DNA of 51,390 nucleotides from Parachlamydiales bacterium (GTDB lineage Bacteria > Chlamydiota > Chlamydiia > Chlamydiales > Parachlamydiaceae): assembly GCA_020051075.1 (NCBI GenBank), contig JAGVJP010000019.1:1-51390 (forward strand), read 5' to 3'. Positions within the stretch are counted from its first letter, which is position 1; each line of letters begins with the position of its first letter. The translations under genes and the position numbers were made by a program. The notes beneath the pieces were generated by a model that searched no databases, had not been told where the DNA came from, and worked only from the letters and a program-made list of their open reading frames with translations. Below, one piece after another: positions 28,733 through 37,695 of this stretch.

Positions 28733-29938
28733 ATGTCAGAGAAACTCTCTATTCGCGATCTCGATGTTAGAAATAAACGGGTATTGATACGAGTCGATTT
28801 CAATGTTCCTTTCGAAAATGGGGAAATTTCTGATGATACCCGTATTAGAGCCTCACTACCCACCATTCGTTACGTTTTCGACCATGGCGGCATACCGATT
28901 TTGATGAGCCATTTAGGGAGGCCAAAAGGGAAAAAAGATCCTCTCCTCTCTCTGAAACCTTGTGCTGAAAGGTTGTCTAAGCTTCTTGAACGTCCCGTTT
29001 TGATGGGGCAAGATTGTTGTGGTTTGGAAATAGAGAGGATTTGTCATTCGCTTAAACACGGCGACATCCTCATGCTTGAAAATCTCCGCTTCCACCCAGG
29101 AGAAGAAAAACCTGCAGATGAACCTTCTTTTGCGAGTTCTTTAGCCGACCTTGGTGATTTCTATGTGGATGATGCGTTTAGTTGTTCTCACCGGGAACAT
29201 GCGTCGATCACAGCAATCACGACGTTCTTTCCAGGAAAATCTGCCGCAGGATTTCTCATGGAAAAAGAAATTGCCTACTTGGACCGGACGATAAAAAATC
29301 CTGAAAGGCCTTTTTACGCTATCCTAGGCGGGGCGAAAATCTCAACAAAATTTAAAGTGATTGAGGCCCTCTTGCAGAAAGCAGATCTCCTTCTGATTGG
29401 CGGGGCCATGGCTTATACATTTTTTAAAGCTGAAAACATTCCCATAGGAAATTCATTAGTTGAAAATGACTTTCTCCCCGTGGCGAGAGAATTGATGGAT
29501 GTAGGAGTTCAATCGCGCTGTCGGATTTTACTCCCTAGCGATATCGTTGCTGTACGTGCGATTTCTAGCCCCTCAGAGCGGGTGGTCGTTCCCATTCCAG
29601 AGGGAATTCCAGAGGGGTTCGAAGGTGTCGATATTGGCCCTGAGACAATAAAAAAATACAAAAATGCATTGCAGTCTGCTGCAACTGTATTTTGGAATGG
29701 TCCACTAGGTGTTTTTGAAACCCCGCCATTCGATCAAGGAACAAATGAAATCGCCCATTGCATGGCCTCTCTTTCTGCCAATACCATTGTCGGAGGCGGC
29801 GATACGATTGCTGCTTTAGACAGAGCGGGAGAAGGGAAAAATATGAGCCATCTTTCAACAGGGGGCGGAGCCTCTCTAGAATATATCGAATTAGGCAATC
29901 TGCCAGGGATCGAAGCTCTGTCGGACGTTGTTGCATAA
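28733..29938 (+). CDS. pgk: Phosphoglycerate kinase
   Basis: RVDFNVP, SHLGRP, LENLRF, GGAKISTK, STGGGASLE. Confidence 0.98.
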   Translation: MSEKLSIRDLDVRNKRVLIRVDFNVPFENGEISDDTRIRASLPTIRYVFDHGGIPILMSHLGRPKGKKDPLLSLKPCAERLSKLLERPVLMGQDCCGLEIERICHSLKHGDILMLENLRFHPGEEKPADEPSFASSLADLGDFYVDDAFSCSHREHASITAITTFFPGKSAAGFLMEKEIAYLDRTIKNPERPFYAILGGAKISTKFKVIEALLQKADLLLIGGAMAYTFFKAENIPIGNSLVENDFLPVARELMDVGVQSRCRILLPSDIVAVRAISSPSERVVVPIPEGIPEGFEGVDIGPETIKKYKNALQSAATVFWNGPLGVFETPPFDQGTNEIAHCMASLSANTIVGGGDTIAALDRAGEGKNMSHLSTGGGASLEYIELGNLPGIEALSDVVA

Positions 29939-29970
29939 TTCACCACTGATCTCATTGGCTCAGTGGTGAA
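29939..29970 (+). terminator. Hairpin after pgk
   Basis: TTCACCACTGA-N10-TCAGTGGTGAA, no U-tract. Confidence 0.4.
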
Positions 29971-29999
29971 ACAATGCCGCTCTGTCGCAAAAATTCCCC

Positions 30000-30028
30000 T
30001 TGCTTTAAATTTATGAACCGCCTATAAT
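30000..30028 (+). promoter_or_regulatory. Candidate sigma66 promoter for the first ntt gene
   Basis: TTGCTT-N17-TATAAT. Confidence 0.65.
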
Positions 30029-30244
30029 AGTATTTTCAAAGGCGTTCTAAATGCTAAATTAAGCATTTTCAAACTTCGAGGCTTATGCAATTTGAATCAG
30101 TAAGTCAACTCAAGTCTTTCACTCTTTCTACTTACAACTTGCAATTATATTTAAATGTAAAATTTATTACATTATTGTATCCGGTCAATTTTGTCTATCA
30201 AAGCGATTCAGAGAGTTCGTTTTTAATCCAAGGGCAAGGTTTGC

Positions 30245-31888
30245 ATGTCATTGAAGACACCAGGGGAATCACTTCCCGAATTTAGCCGATGGCGAGGCTA
30301 TATATGGCCTGTCCATAACTATGAGCTCAAAAAGCTCATTCCAATGCTCTTCATTTTCTTTCTAATTTCATTTGATTATAATGTTCTGAGAACTCTTAAA
30401 GACTCGATTCTCATTACAGCGCCTTCTTCAGGGGCTGAAGTGATCCCATTTGTTAAGGTTTGGGGAGTCTTTCCAGGGGCAATCTTGATGACACTATTTT
30501 TTACCTGGATCTCTAACCGCCTCTCTCGAGAAACTGTTTTTTATATTATCTTGTCAATCTTTCTCTCCTATTTTGCCCTTTTTACCTTTGTCTTATACCC
30601 CATTCGAGACCTTATTCACCCCAATGAGCTAGCTGACCGCTTAGAGATTTATTTGCCTCTTGGGCTTAAGGGGTTGGTTACGATGTTTCGCTATTGGTCG
30701 TTTACCCTGTTCTATGTGATGTCTGAGCTCTGGTCTAGTGCTGTCTTGGCAGTGCTCTTCTGGGGATTCGCCAACCAGGTCACTCGCATTGGCGAAGCAA
30801 AACGTTTTTATGGGTTATTTGGTGTTGGAGCCAATCTTTCAGGAATCTTTGCTGGTCAGCTTTCGGTATTTTGTTGTAATTTTACCAAGCAAGGGGGGAC
30901 GATTCCAATTGGTGAAGATGCATGGCATCAATCTTTGATCTTGATGATCTCGATGATCTTAGTTGCTGGGGTTCTCACTTTGGCTTTATTTCGTTGGATG
31001 AATCGGACGGTATTAACTGACCCTCGTTACTACGATCCTTCCTCTGTGACTTCAAAAGATGATGTGAAAGGAAAGCTTTCGTTAAGGCAAAGTTTCTCTT
31101 ATCTACTCCGCTCTAATTATCTTATCTCTATCGCTGTGATTGTACTTTCTTATAATCTAGTCATCAATCTCACCGAAGTATTGTGGAAACATCAAGTCAA
31201 AGAATTATACCCTAATCCCAATGATTACACTCTCTATATGAACCATGTCGTTTCGATCATCGGCTTGGTGGCGACGATCACCTCTTTATTTGTTGCTGGA
31301 AATGCAATTCGGAAATTAGGTTGGACGTTTACTGCGCTCATTACACCGGCGATCTTGATTTTGACAAGCATCGGTGTTTTTACTTTCTTCTTTATGAACC
31401 AGTCCATGCCCGATTTTACCATCGCCTTCCTCGGGTTAACACCTCTAGCAATGGTTGTGTTCTTCAGTACAGCGCAAAATATCCTAAGCCGCGGGGCGAA
31501 ATATTCTGTCTTTGATGCGACAAAAGAAATGGCGTTTGTTCCTTTAGACTCTGAAAGTAAGCTAGTCGGGAAAGCGGCTATTGATGGTGTCTGCTCCCGC
31601 CTTGGGAAATCAGGGGGATCGGTGGTGCTGCAGAGTTTGTTATTCTTCTTCTCTACAATCTCTGCCAGCGCCCCTTATGTCGCTGCTGTATTATTCGGCG
31701 TGATAGGGATCTGGATCGCTGCTATCCGGTTATTAGGGAAGCAATTTAACGAATTAACCACAACAACGGTTTCAGTCCAACCCCCCCCTACTGCTGGGGC
31801 GGGTGAATTTGTAGGACAGCCGAGATCTGCAAGGGTGGCTCCTGTGACTGTTTTAGGTGAGCAGTTGAAAGAACAGCAAGCTGTATAG
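30245..31888 (+). CDS. ntt3: Nucleotide transport protein (Npt/Tlc), NTT3-like
   Basis: TLC motifs ELKKLIPM, FWGFANQ, AKYSVFDATKEMAF, GKAAIDGV.SRLGKSGG; N-terminus resembles Protochlamydia NTT3 as recalled. Confidence 0.85.
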   Translation: MSLKTPGESLPEFSRWRGYIWPVHNYELKKLIPMLFIFFLISFDYNVLRTLKDSILITAPSSGAEVIPFVKVWGVFPGAILMTLFFTWISNRLSRETVFYIILSIFLSYFALFTFVLYPIRDLIHPNELADRLEIYLPLGLKGLVTMFRYWSFTLFYVMSELWSSAVLAVLFWGFANQVTRIGEAKRFYGLFGVGANLSGIFAGQLSVFCCNFTKQGGTIPIGEDAWHQSLILMISMILVAGVLTLALFRWMNRTVLTDPRYYDPSSVTSKDDVKGKLSLRQSFSYLLRSNYLISIAVIVLSYNLVINLTEVLWKHQVKELYPNPNDYTLYMNHVVSIIGLVATITSLFVAGNAIRKLGWTFTALITPAILILTSIGVFTFFFMNQSMPDFTIAFLGLTPLAMVVFFSTAQNILSRGAKYSVFDATKEMAFVPLDSESKLVGKAAIDGVCSRLGKSGGSVVLQSLLFFFSTISASAPYVAAVLFGVIGIWIAAIRLLGKQFNELTTTTVSVQPPPTAGAGEFVGQPRSARVAPVTVLGEQLKEQQAV

Positions 31889-31956
31889 GCGAAAATTCTC
31901 AGAAATGATGATGAATACAACGATATTTTACATCTTTTCTGAGAATTTCGCTTTTT
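31889..31956 (+). terminator. Intrinsic terminator-like hairpin
   Basis: GCGAAAATTCTCAGAAA...TTTCTGAGAATTTCGC followed by TTTTT. Confidence 0.65.
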
Positions 31957-31971
31957 ATGAATAAGTTAGTG

Positions 31972-32001
31972 TTGAATATTTTATTTTAAATGTGGTATAA
32001 T
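31972..32001 (+). promoter_or_regulatory. Candidate sigma66 promoter
   Basis: TTGAAT-N18-TATAAT with extended TG. Confidence 0.6.
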
Positions 32002-32024
32002 CATTTCTTAATGAAGGGTTTTTG

Positions 32025-33602
32025 ATGTCTCATTCAGAGTTTGGTAGAATCCGATCATGTTTTTGGCCCGTTTATCGGCATGAATTAAGAAAATTGCTGC
32101 CGATGATGTTAATCATGTTTCTCATCTGTTTCAATTACACAATTTTACGAAATATCAAAGACGCTGTCGTTGTGACAGCTAAATCGTCTGGTGCAGAGGT
32201 GATTCCTTTTATTAAAGTTTGGGTACTCCTTCCAATGGCTGTTTTAGCGACGCTGATTTTTACCAAAATCTCAAGCCGCTTTAGCCAAGAAAAGGTGTTT
32301 TATATTACGATCACAAGCTTCCTTGTTTTTTTCACTCTCTTTACTTTTGTCCTTTTTCCTCTACAAAATGTTTTACATCCCCACCAAACAGCAGATTATC
32401 TAGAATCTCTACTGCCTCCTGGCTGTAAAGGGTTGATTGCGATGTTTCGAAATTGGACATTTACCCTCTTCTACGTATTCTGCGAGCTTTGGAGTACCAT
32501 GGTCTTATCTGTTCTTTTCTGGGGATTTGCTAACGAAGTGACGAAGATCACAGAAGCACGCCGTTTTTATAGCATGCTAGGCGTCATCGCCAGTTTTTCA
32601 GGGATTGTTGCAGGCGTTGCTGCGAATTTATTAACAAATAATCAAAGCTGGGACAAAACCCTTGAGATTCTAATGATTACAGTCATTATCTTTGGATGTT
32701 TGACGATGGTGGCTTTTCGTTGGATGAATAAGAATGTTCTCAATGCGCCTGAATTTAATGAACTTCACCAAACCAGGAGCAATCAATTGCTGCCTAAGAA
32801 AAGGTTGTCGATTCGAGAAAGTTTAGATTATCTATTAAATTCGAAATATTTAATATGTATTGCTCTGATTGTTATCTGTTATAACTTGTTTATTAATGTC
32901 GTAGAAATCGTTTGGAAAGATCAGCTCCGGCAGCTCTATCCAGAAACAGTGAACTACAGCCGTTATATGAACTATATGACCTCTGCTGTCGGCATCATCG
33001 CGACAATCACTTCCCTGTTTATGGCTCAACTGATCGCCCGTTTTGGGTGGACAAGAACGGCTTTAATCACTCCCGTCATCATGCTTCTGACTAGCATCGG
33101 TTTTTTCTCCTTTATGCTGTTTAGAGACGATTTAGCAGGTCCTGTGAATTACTTTATTGGGACGACTCCTCTTGCCATCGCTGTCTTCTTTGGCGCTGCG
33201 CAAGTGTGCATGAGTAAGGCTTGTAAGTACTCAGTGTTTGATTCTACCAAAGAGATGGCTTTTATCCCCCTCAGCCATGAGAGTAAGTTAAGAGGAAAGG
33301 CTGCGATTGATGGTGTGGGATCGCGGATTGGAAAATCAGGCGGGTCAATCATCCATCAAGGGCTCCTGATGCTTTTCGGGACCGTTGCAGCGAGCGCGCC
33401 TTATGTTGCGGCGATTTTACTCCTCGTCATCTTTTGTTGGGGCTATGCTGTCCGTTCATTAGGCAAACAGTTTGCTTCGATGATTGGAGACCGCGGTCGC
33501 GAAGAGATTGGCGAAGGCAACGTTGAACCGGCAGATGCTCACCAGCTGTCAAAAGATGTTGAAGGCACGAGCAACCTGAAACCGACGTTTATCACCTCCT
33601 AA
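32025..33602 (+). CDS. ntt2: Nucleotide transport protein, NTT2-like
   Basis: TLC motifs; FLICFNY.ILRN.KDA.VVTAK.SGAEVIPFIKVWVLLP resembles Protochlamydia NTT2 as recalled. Confidence 0.85.
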   Translation: MSHSEFGRIRSCFWPVYRHELRKLLPMMLIMFLICFNYTILRNIKDAVVVTAKSSGAEVIPFIKVWVLLPMAVLATLIFTKISSRFSQEKVFYITITSFLVFFTLFTFVLFPLQNVLHPHQTADYLESLLPPGCKGLIAMFRNWTFTLFYVFCELWSTMVLSVLFWGFANEVTKITEARRFYSMLGVIASFSGIVAGVAANLLTNNQSWDKTLEILMITVIIFGCLTMVAFRWMNKNVLNAPEFNELHQTRSNQLLPKKRLSIRESLDYLLNSKYLICIALIVICYNLFINVVEIVWKDQLRQLYPETVNYSRYMNYMTSAVGIIATITSLFMAQLIARFGWTRTALITPVIMLLTSIGFFSFMLFRDDLAGPVNYFIGTTPLAIAVFFGAAQVCMSKACKYSVFDSTKEMAFIPLSHESKLRGKAAIDGVGSRIGKSGGSIIHQGLLMLFGTVAASAPYVAAILLLVIFCWGYAVRSLGKQFASMIGDRGREEIGEGNVEPADAHQLSKDVEGTSNLKPTFITS

Positions 33603-33653
33603 CACGGAACAAGATTGGCAAACTTGCAACATCCCTAACTTCCCAGCATAAGA

Positions 33654-33795
33654 AAACAGGATAGGCAAGATCGCTGCGCGGCAAGATAGGCAAGATAACG
33701 AATAGCTTAACGCACCCTTATCCTTCCCATCCTGCTAAAATTGACAGGATGGGGAGGATATATAGGAAAGATAGTGGTGATGAAAGGAGATGGCT
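33654..33795. repeat. Family A composite repeat; 33717-33795 is the left direct repeat of the AAA-nuclease gene
   Basis: CTTATCCTTCCCATCCTG...CAGGATGGGGAGGATA..TAGGAAAGATAGTGGTGATGAAAGGAGA. Confidence 0.85.
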
Positions 33796-33835
33796 CATTA
33801 ATTAGGCAAAGGAACGAAAGGGGGGGCGTGAATAG

Positions 33836-35395
33836 TTAAACGACCTCCACCAACCAGTCATCGATGAGTCGTCTTTTGCCATCAAAGTTGATTCCAACCA
33901 AGAAAATGGGAAGATTTTGATCTTGAAAGAGTTGATAATACCCTCTTTGCTTAATTTGCTCCACGGCAATCTGAGCAGTTTGATCAAGTTTAAATTCAAA
34001 AATGATGATTTTATCTTTCGCTTGCAAGACAGCATCCACACGTCCACGTTGTGTATGCACTTCAGCGCTGATATTAAAACCTGCTAATTTAATGACCATA
34101 TAGAAAAGACTTTGGAAATGTTTTTCTTGTTTCAAATATAAATCATAGGGCATCAATGCAAGAAGCTCGCTAAGGATGGAGAAAAAATGTGCAAAATCCC
34201 ATTCCACAATCGAGAGGTTTCGATAAAGTTGGGATAAATAGTCCGCAGTTTTTGCTTTTGCCGTTGCAAAATAAGCAATCAGCCTTTCGGAAAAAGCGAT
34301 TCCAACCTCGCGATTAGGATACCCAAGGCGATACCTATTGAATGCAGGATCGTATTCTTTGATTGTTAAATACCCTGTTTGATAAAGCAGAGGGATAGTG
34401 GGTAATTCTTCTATTTCAAAAGTGCTGAAGTCTGCACTGCTCACCTCGTATTGTTCCAAATCAATAAAATCAAACTCTCTTTTTTGGATCAATTTGATAA
34501 GGAATGTTGGAGTTCCTGTCTCGAACCAATGAGCGTCAAATTTGTGCTCTTGCAGTAAGCGTAAAACAGAAAATGGATTGAAAACTAATTGACCTTCGTC
34601 AGAAAATCGATAACCATTGTACCACTCTTTGAGAAGATCATAACAGTCCTCATTGTTAAGTCCTCTTTTTTGGGCAAGATCGGCAATATCTTCTGCAAAG
34701 TAAAGCTCTAACTCATTTTTTGTGTAGCCTAACAGAACACTAAAATGATTTAGCATCGTGATATCATTCAAATTATTAAGCCCAGAAAATACTGAGACTT
34801 TTGAAAATTTAGTGACTCCTGTCAAAAAAATAAAACGCAAATATTCATCTTGAGCTTTTAAAATAGTATAGAATCTTCGTAAAATCTCTCTATTTTTTTG
34901 GGCTAAATCTAGGTCTTCTATATTATCAATAAGTGGTTTGTCATACTCATCAATGAGAACGACAACTTTTTGATTTGAAACAGCAACTAATTGTTTGATA
35001 AGATCGGATAAATAATCGGATGACGTTTCTCCTGCTAATGTCACATCATGCTGAAGGGCTATATCATTTAAAGCATGGATCAGAGCTCTTTCAAGCATCT
35101 CAGGCGTTGCACTGTTTATCGTCGACATATCGAGGCGAATGATAGGATAAATATCCCAATTCCAATCCGTATGATCAATCCACAATCCCTTGAATAATTC
35201 ACGTTTACCTGAAAAGAGCGCTGCAAATGTCGATACTAATAAGGATTTACCAAACCGTCTGGGTCTTGAAAGAAAGCAGGGGCTTGCCTGGACAATAAGC
35301 TCGTAAATGTATTGGGTTTTATCAACATAGGTGTACCCACCCGTAATGATTTTTTCAAAATCTTGAATGCCAATGGGAAGTTTTGCGCGCTTCAT
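33836..35395 (-). CDS. AAA-ATPase-like protein with C-terminal PD-(D/E)XK nuclease
   Basis: LPIGIQDF, YVDKT, RPRRFGKS, LIDEYDKP, FLTGV.KF, YPNREV, GRVD...IFEFK; start at ATG 35395. Confidence 0.92.
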   Translation of the reverse strand: MKRAKLPIGIQDFEKIITGGYTYVDKTQYIYELIVQASPCFLSRPRRFGKSLLVSTFAALFSGKRELFKGLWIDHTDWNWDIYPIIRLDMSTINSATPEMLERALIHALNDIALQHDVTLAGETSSDYLSDLIKQLVAVSNQKVVVLIDEYDKPLIDNIEDLDLAQKNREILRRFYTILKAQDEYLRFIFLTGVTKFSKVSVFSGLNNLNDITMLNHFSVLLGYTKNELELYFAEDIADLAQKRGLNNEDCYDLLKEWYNGYRFSDEGQLVFNPFSVLRLLQEHKFDAHWFETGTPTFLIKLIQKREFDFIDLEQYEVSSADFSTFEIEELPTIPLLYQTGYLTIKEYDPAFNRYRLGYPNREVGIAFSERLIAYFATAKAKTADYLSQLYRNLSIVEWDFAHFFSILSELLALMPYDLYLKQEKHFQSLFYMVIKLAGFNISAEVHTQRGRVDAVLQAKDKIIIFEFKLDQTAQIAVEQIKQRGYYQLFQDQNLPIFLVGINFDGKRRLIDDWLVEVV

Positions 35396-35512
35396 CTCAT
35401 TTCTCTCAAATAATGAATCAATTATAATCGAATGATTTAGAAAAAGGATAGGAAATTCCAAGCCATGTCGGCACATTTCTCCCTGGAGAGAGGTGCGTCT
35501 ACCTTCATCCTT

Positions 35513-35586
35513 CTTATCTTCCCCATCCTGTAATTCTACAAGATGGGGAGGATAGGAAAGATAGTGATGATAAAAGGAGACAGGCT
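35513..35586. repeat. Family A repeat; right direct repeat of the AAA-nuclease gene
   Basis: CTTATCTTCCCCATCCTG...AGATGGGGAGGATAGGAAAGATAGTGATGATAAAAGGAGA, same orientation as 33717-33795. Confidence 0.85.
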
Positions 35587-35596
35587 TTTCTCTTAT

Positions 35597-35821
35597 TTAT
35601 TTATCTAACTCTTTGCAAAATTTTTTTACTGCATTTTGTAAATTCTGATTGATGCGGACTGGAGCTTCCATAATCGCTAAGAAATGTTCCCAATCGGTAT
35701 CGCTTAACGAGAGAGTGTTCAGTTGATTCATTTCTGCCGCTTCGATCATTTTCTTATCATGCGGGGACATCTTCTTTCTCCATTTTTCTTTGTTTGACTG
35801 TAAATGCCGCACATTGTCCAA
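35597..35821 (-). pseudogene. DUF1778 (TacA-like RHH antitoxin) remnant with apparent internal deletion
   Basis: MSPHDKKMIEAA joined directly to LSLSDTDWEHFLAIMEAP...NQNLQNAV; no GNAT toxin adjacent. Confidence 0.6.
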
Positions 35822-35833
35822 TACATCCGGTGC

Positions 35834-35871
35834 AAAAAAAATCCCGAACAGCGATTGCTGTACGGGATTTT
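35834..35871 (-). terminator. Intrinsic terminator of ntt1
   Basis: AAAATCCCG.ACAGC-N4-GCTGT.CGGGATTTT with a T8 run on the minus strand. Confidence 0.75.
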
Positions 35872-35894
35872 CACGAAGAAACGGCTTACATCAA

Positions 35895-37442
35895 TTAAGA
35901 TGCAGCTTCCGCTTCATGAGGTTCTCCTTTATCAGTTGAATCAGGCGGTGTTGTTGTCAAGCTTAAGAACTGCTTGTTCAACGAAATAACCGCTACGATC
36001 CAAATACCGATAATCACGAATAGGATTGCTCCAATGTAAGGAGTGATAGCCGCCAAAGGCGCGAGGGTCAAAAGCCCCAATTGGATGATGGAACCACCTG
36101 ATTTACCTAATCGAGCGCCCACAACGTCAACTGCCGCTTTACCCTTGACTTTGAGGTCATCATCAAGAGGAATATAAGCCATTTCTTTTGTTGGATCGAA
36201 TAGAGAATACTTTGCAGACTTGCTCATGATATTCTGCGCGGCACCAAAGAATACAGCCAAGAAAAGAGGCGTTGTTCCAAGGGCCGAAATATATCCAGCG
36301 AGGTTGTCGCTGAAAATCACAAAAGTAAAGAAACCTATTCCCGTAATCAATAGGACAACAGGTGTCACCATCGCTGCAAAGCCCCATCCTTTCAGACGGA
36401 TCAAGTTACCGCCGACAAAGAGCATCATCAAAATCGTGACGAAGCCGGTCCAGCGCGAGAATCCGCCCATGAAGGTGCTGTAGTCATTATAGTTAGGATA
36501 CTGCAATTTCACCTGGCTCTTCCAAGTGACCTCGACCAAGTTGATGGAAATACCATAAGCGATAACCAGAGCAGCAAGGCATAAAATATACTTTGAGGAG
36601 AAGATAAACTTGAAGCTGTCGGTTAAAGACATTTTTGCTTTTTTCTTCTTCCCAGGAGCTTTTTCCTGGTTCGCATCGTAGAAGCGAGGGTCAGTCAGAA
36701 TATTGCGGTTGATCCACCAATAGATCGCCATGACAGCAAGACCGGCAATCACAACCATGCCCATGAGATAATTCAGGGAAACTTGCCACGCATCCACCCC
36801 TTCAGGCAACTTGCTGCGGATATCGGAAGCATAGATAATGGCTGTGCCAGAGGCTAATAAAGCAACGTTTGCACCCAAACCAAAGAGAGAATAAAAACGT
36901 TTTGCTTCAGTCACCCGAGTGATTTGGTTGGCAAACTGCCAGAATAGCAAGGAAAGGACAACGCTTCCCCATAATTCAGCTAGAATATAGAACAGGGAGT
37001 ACATCCAGTTATGATAGGCTTCGGCAAACCCGCTCCATCCTTGAGGGAGAAAAGATCGAAGTGCTTCACTGGAAGCGTGGGGCAGCAAAGCTTCTCGCGC
37101 TGGATAAAACACAAATGCAAACAAGCCGAAGAAAATCACAAACGGCAGCAATGTGACATAAAATAAATTTTCACGGCTGAGAACGTTACTCAATTTGGCA
37201 TAGATGATCATGAAAAGAATGGCTGCAGGAACAACCCCGAAAGTCTTTAGAAAAGGGATTGCTTCAGCACCTGCTGCAGTCACCACGAGAGTGTCTTTTG
37301 TATCTCTTAAAATTGTGTAGTTGAAGGAAATAAAGAAAAACATTAGGAACATCGGAAGGATTTTCTTTAGCTCGTACCCATGTACTGGCCATAAGAACGA
37401 CCTCCACTTACCAAATTCTGGTTTGGCAGTTTCTTGCGACAT
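35895..37442 (-). CDS. ntt1: ATP/ADP translocase (Npt1/NTT1)
   Basis: FNYTILRDTKDT, AEAIPFLK, AELWGS, FWQFANQIT, KSAKYSLFDPTKEMAYIPLD, GARLGKSGG. Confidence 0.93.
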   Translation of the reverse strand: MSQETAKPEFGKWRSFLWPVHGYELKKILPMFLMFFFISFNYTILRDTKDTLVVTAAGAEAIPFLKTFGVVPAAILFMIIYAKLSNVLSRENLFYVTLLPFVIFFGLFAFVFYPAREALLPHASSEALRSFLPQGWSGFAEAYHNWMYSLFYILAELWGSVVLSLLFWQFANQITRVTEAKRFYSLFGLGANVALLASGTAIIYASDIRSKLPEGVDAWQVSLNYLMGMVVIAGLAVMAIYWWINRNILTDPRFYDANQEKAPGKKKKAKMSLTDSFKFIFSSKYILCLAALVIAYGISINLVEVTWKSQVKLQYPNYNDYSTFMGGFSRWTGFVTILMMLFVGGNLIRLKGWGFAAMVTPVVLLITGIGFFTFVIFSDNLAGYISALGTTPLFLAVFFGAAQNIMSKSAKYSLFDPTKEMAYIPLDDDLKVKGKAAVDVVGARLGKSGGSIIQLGLLTLAPLAAITPYIGAILFVIIGIWIVAVISLNKQFLSLTTTPPDSTDKGEPHEAEAAS

Positions 37443-37612
37443 ATAAAACCTCGGTCTAGTTTATTGGAAGCTAGATTTTTAATCTAAATTGTCTAATAAT
37501 GCAAGAAGAAAAACAACTCGACAGAAACTTTGTTACATCAATCACCATTGAGCCACTGAGCTTACTGCCTCTGTGTTAAATGACTTTCCTGCGACAAAAC
37601 AAAATTTATGTC

Positions 37613-37640
37613 TTGACTTTGAGTTCTTGAACGATAAAAT
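37613..37640 (+). promoter_or_regulatory. Candidate promoter for recJ
   Basis: TTGACT-N16-TAAAAT. Confidence 0.5.
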
Positions 37641-37695
37641 AGCTGGATGATATATGAATCATAAGTAAGCGATTAAGAAGATTGGAGAAAATGAA

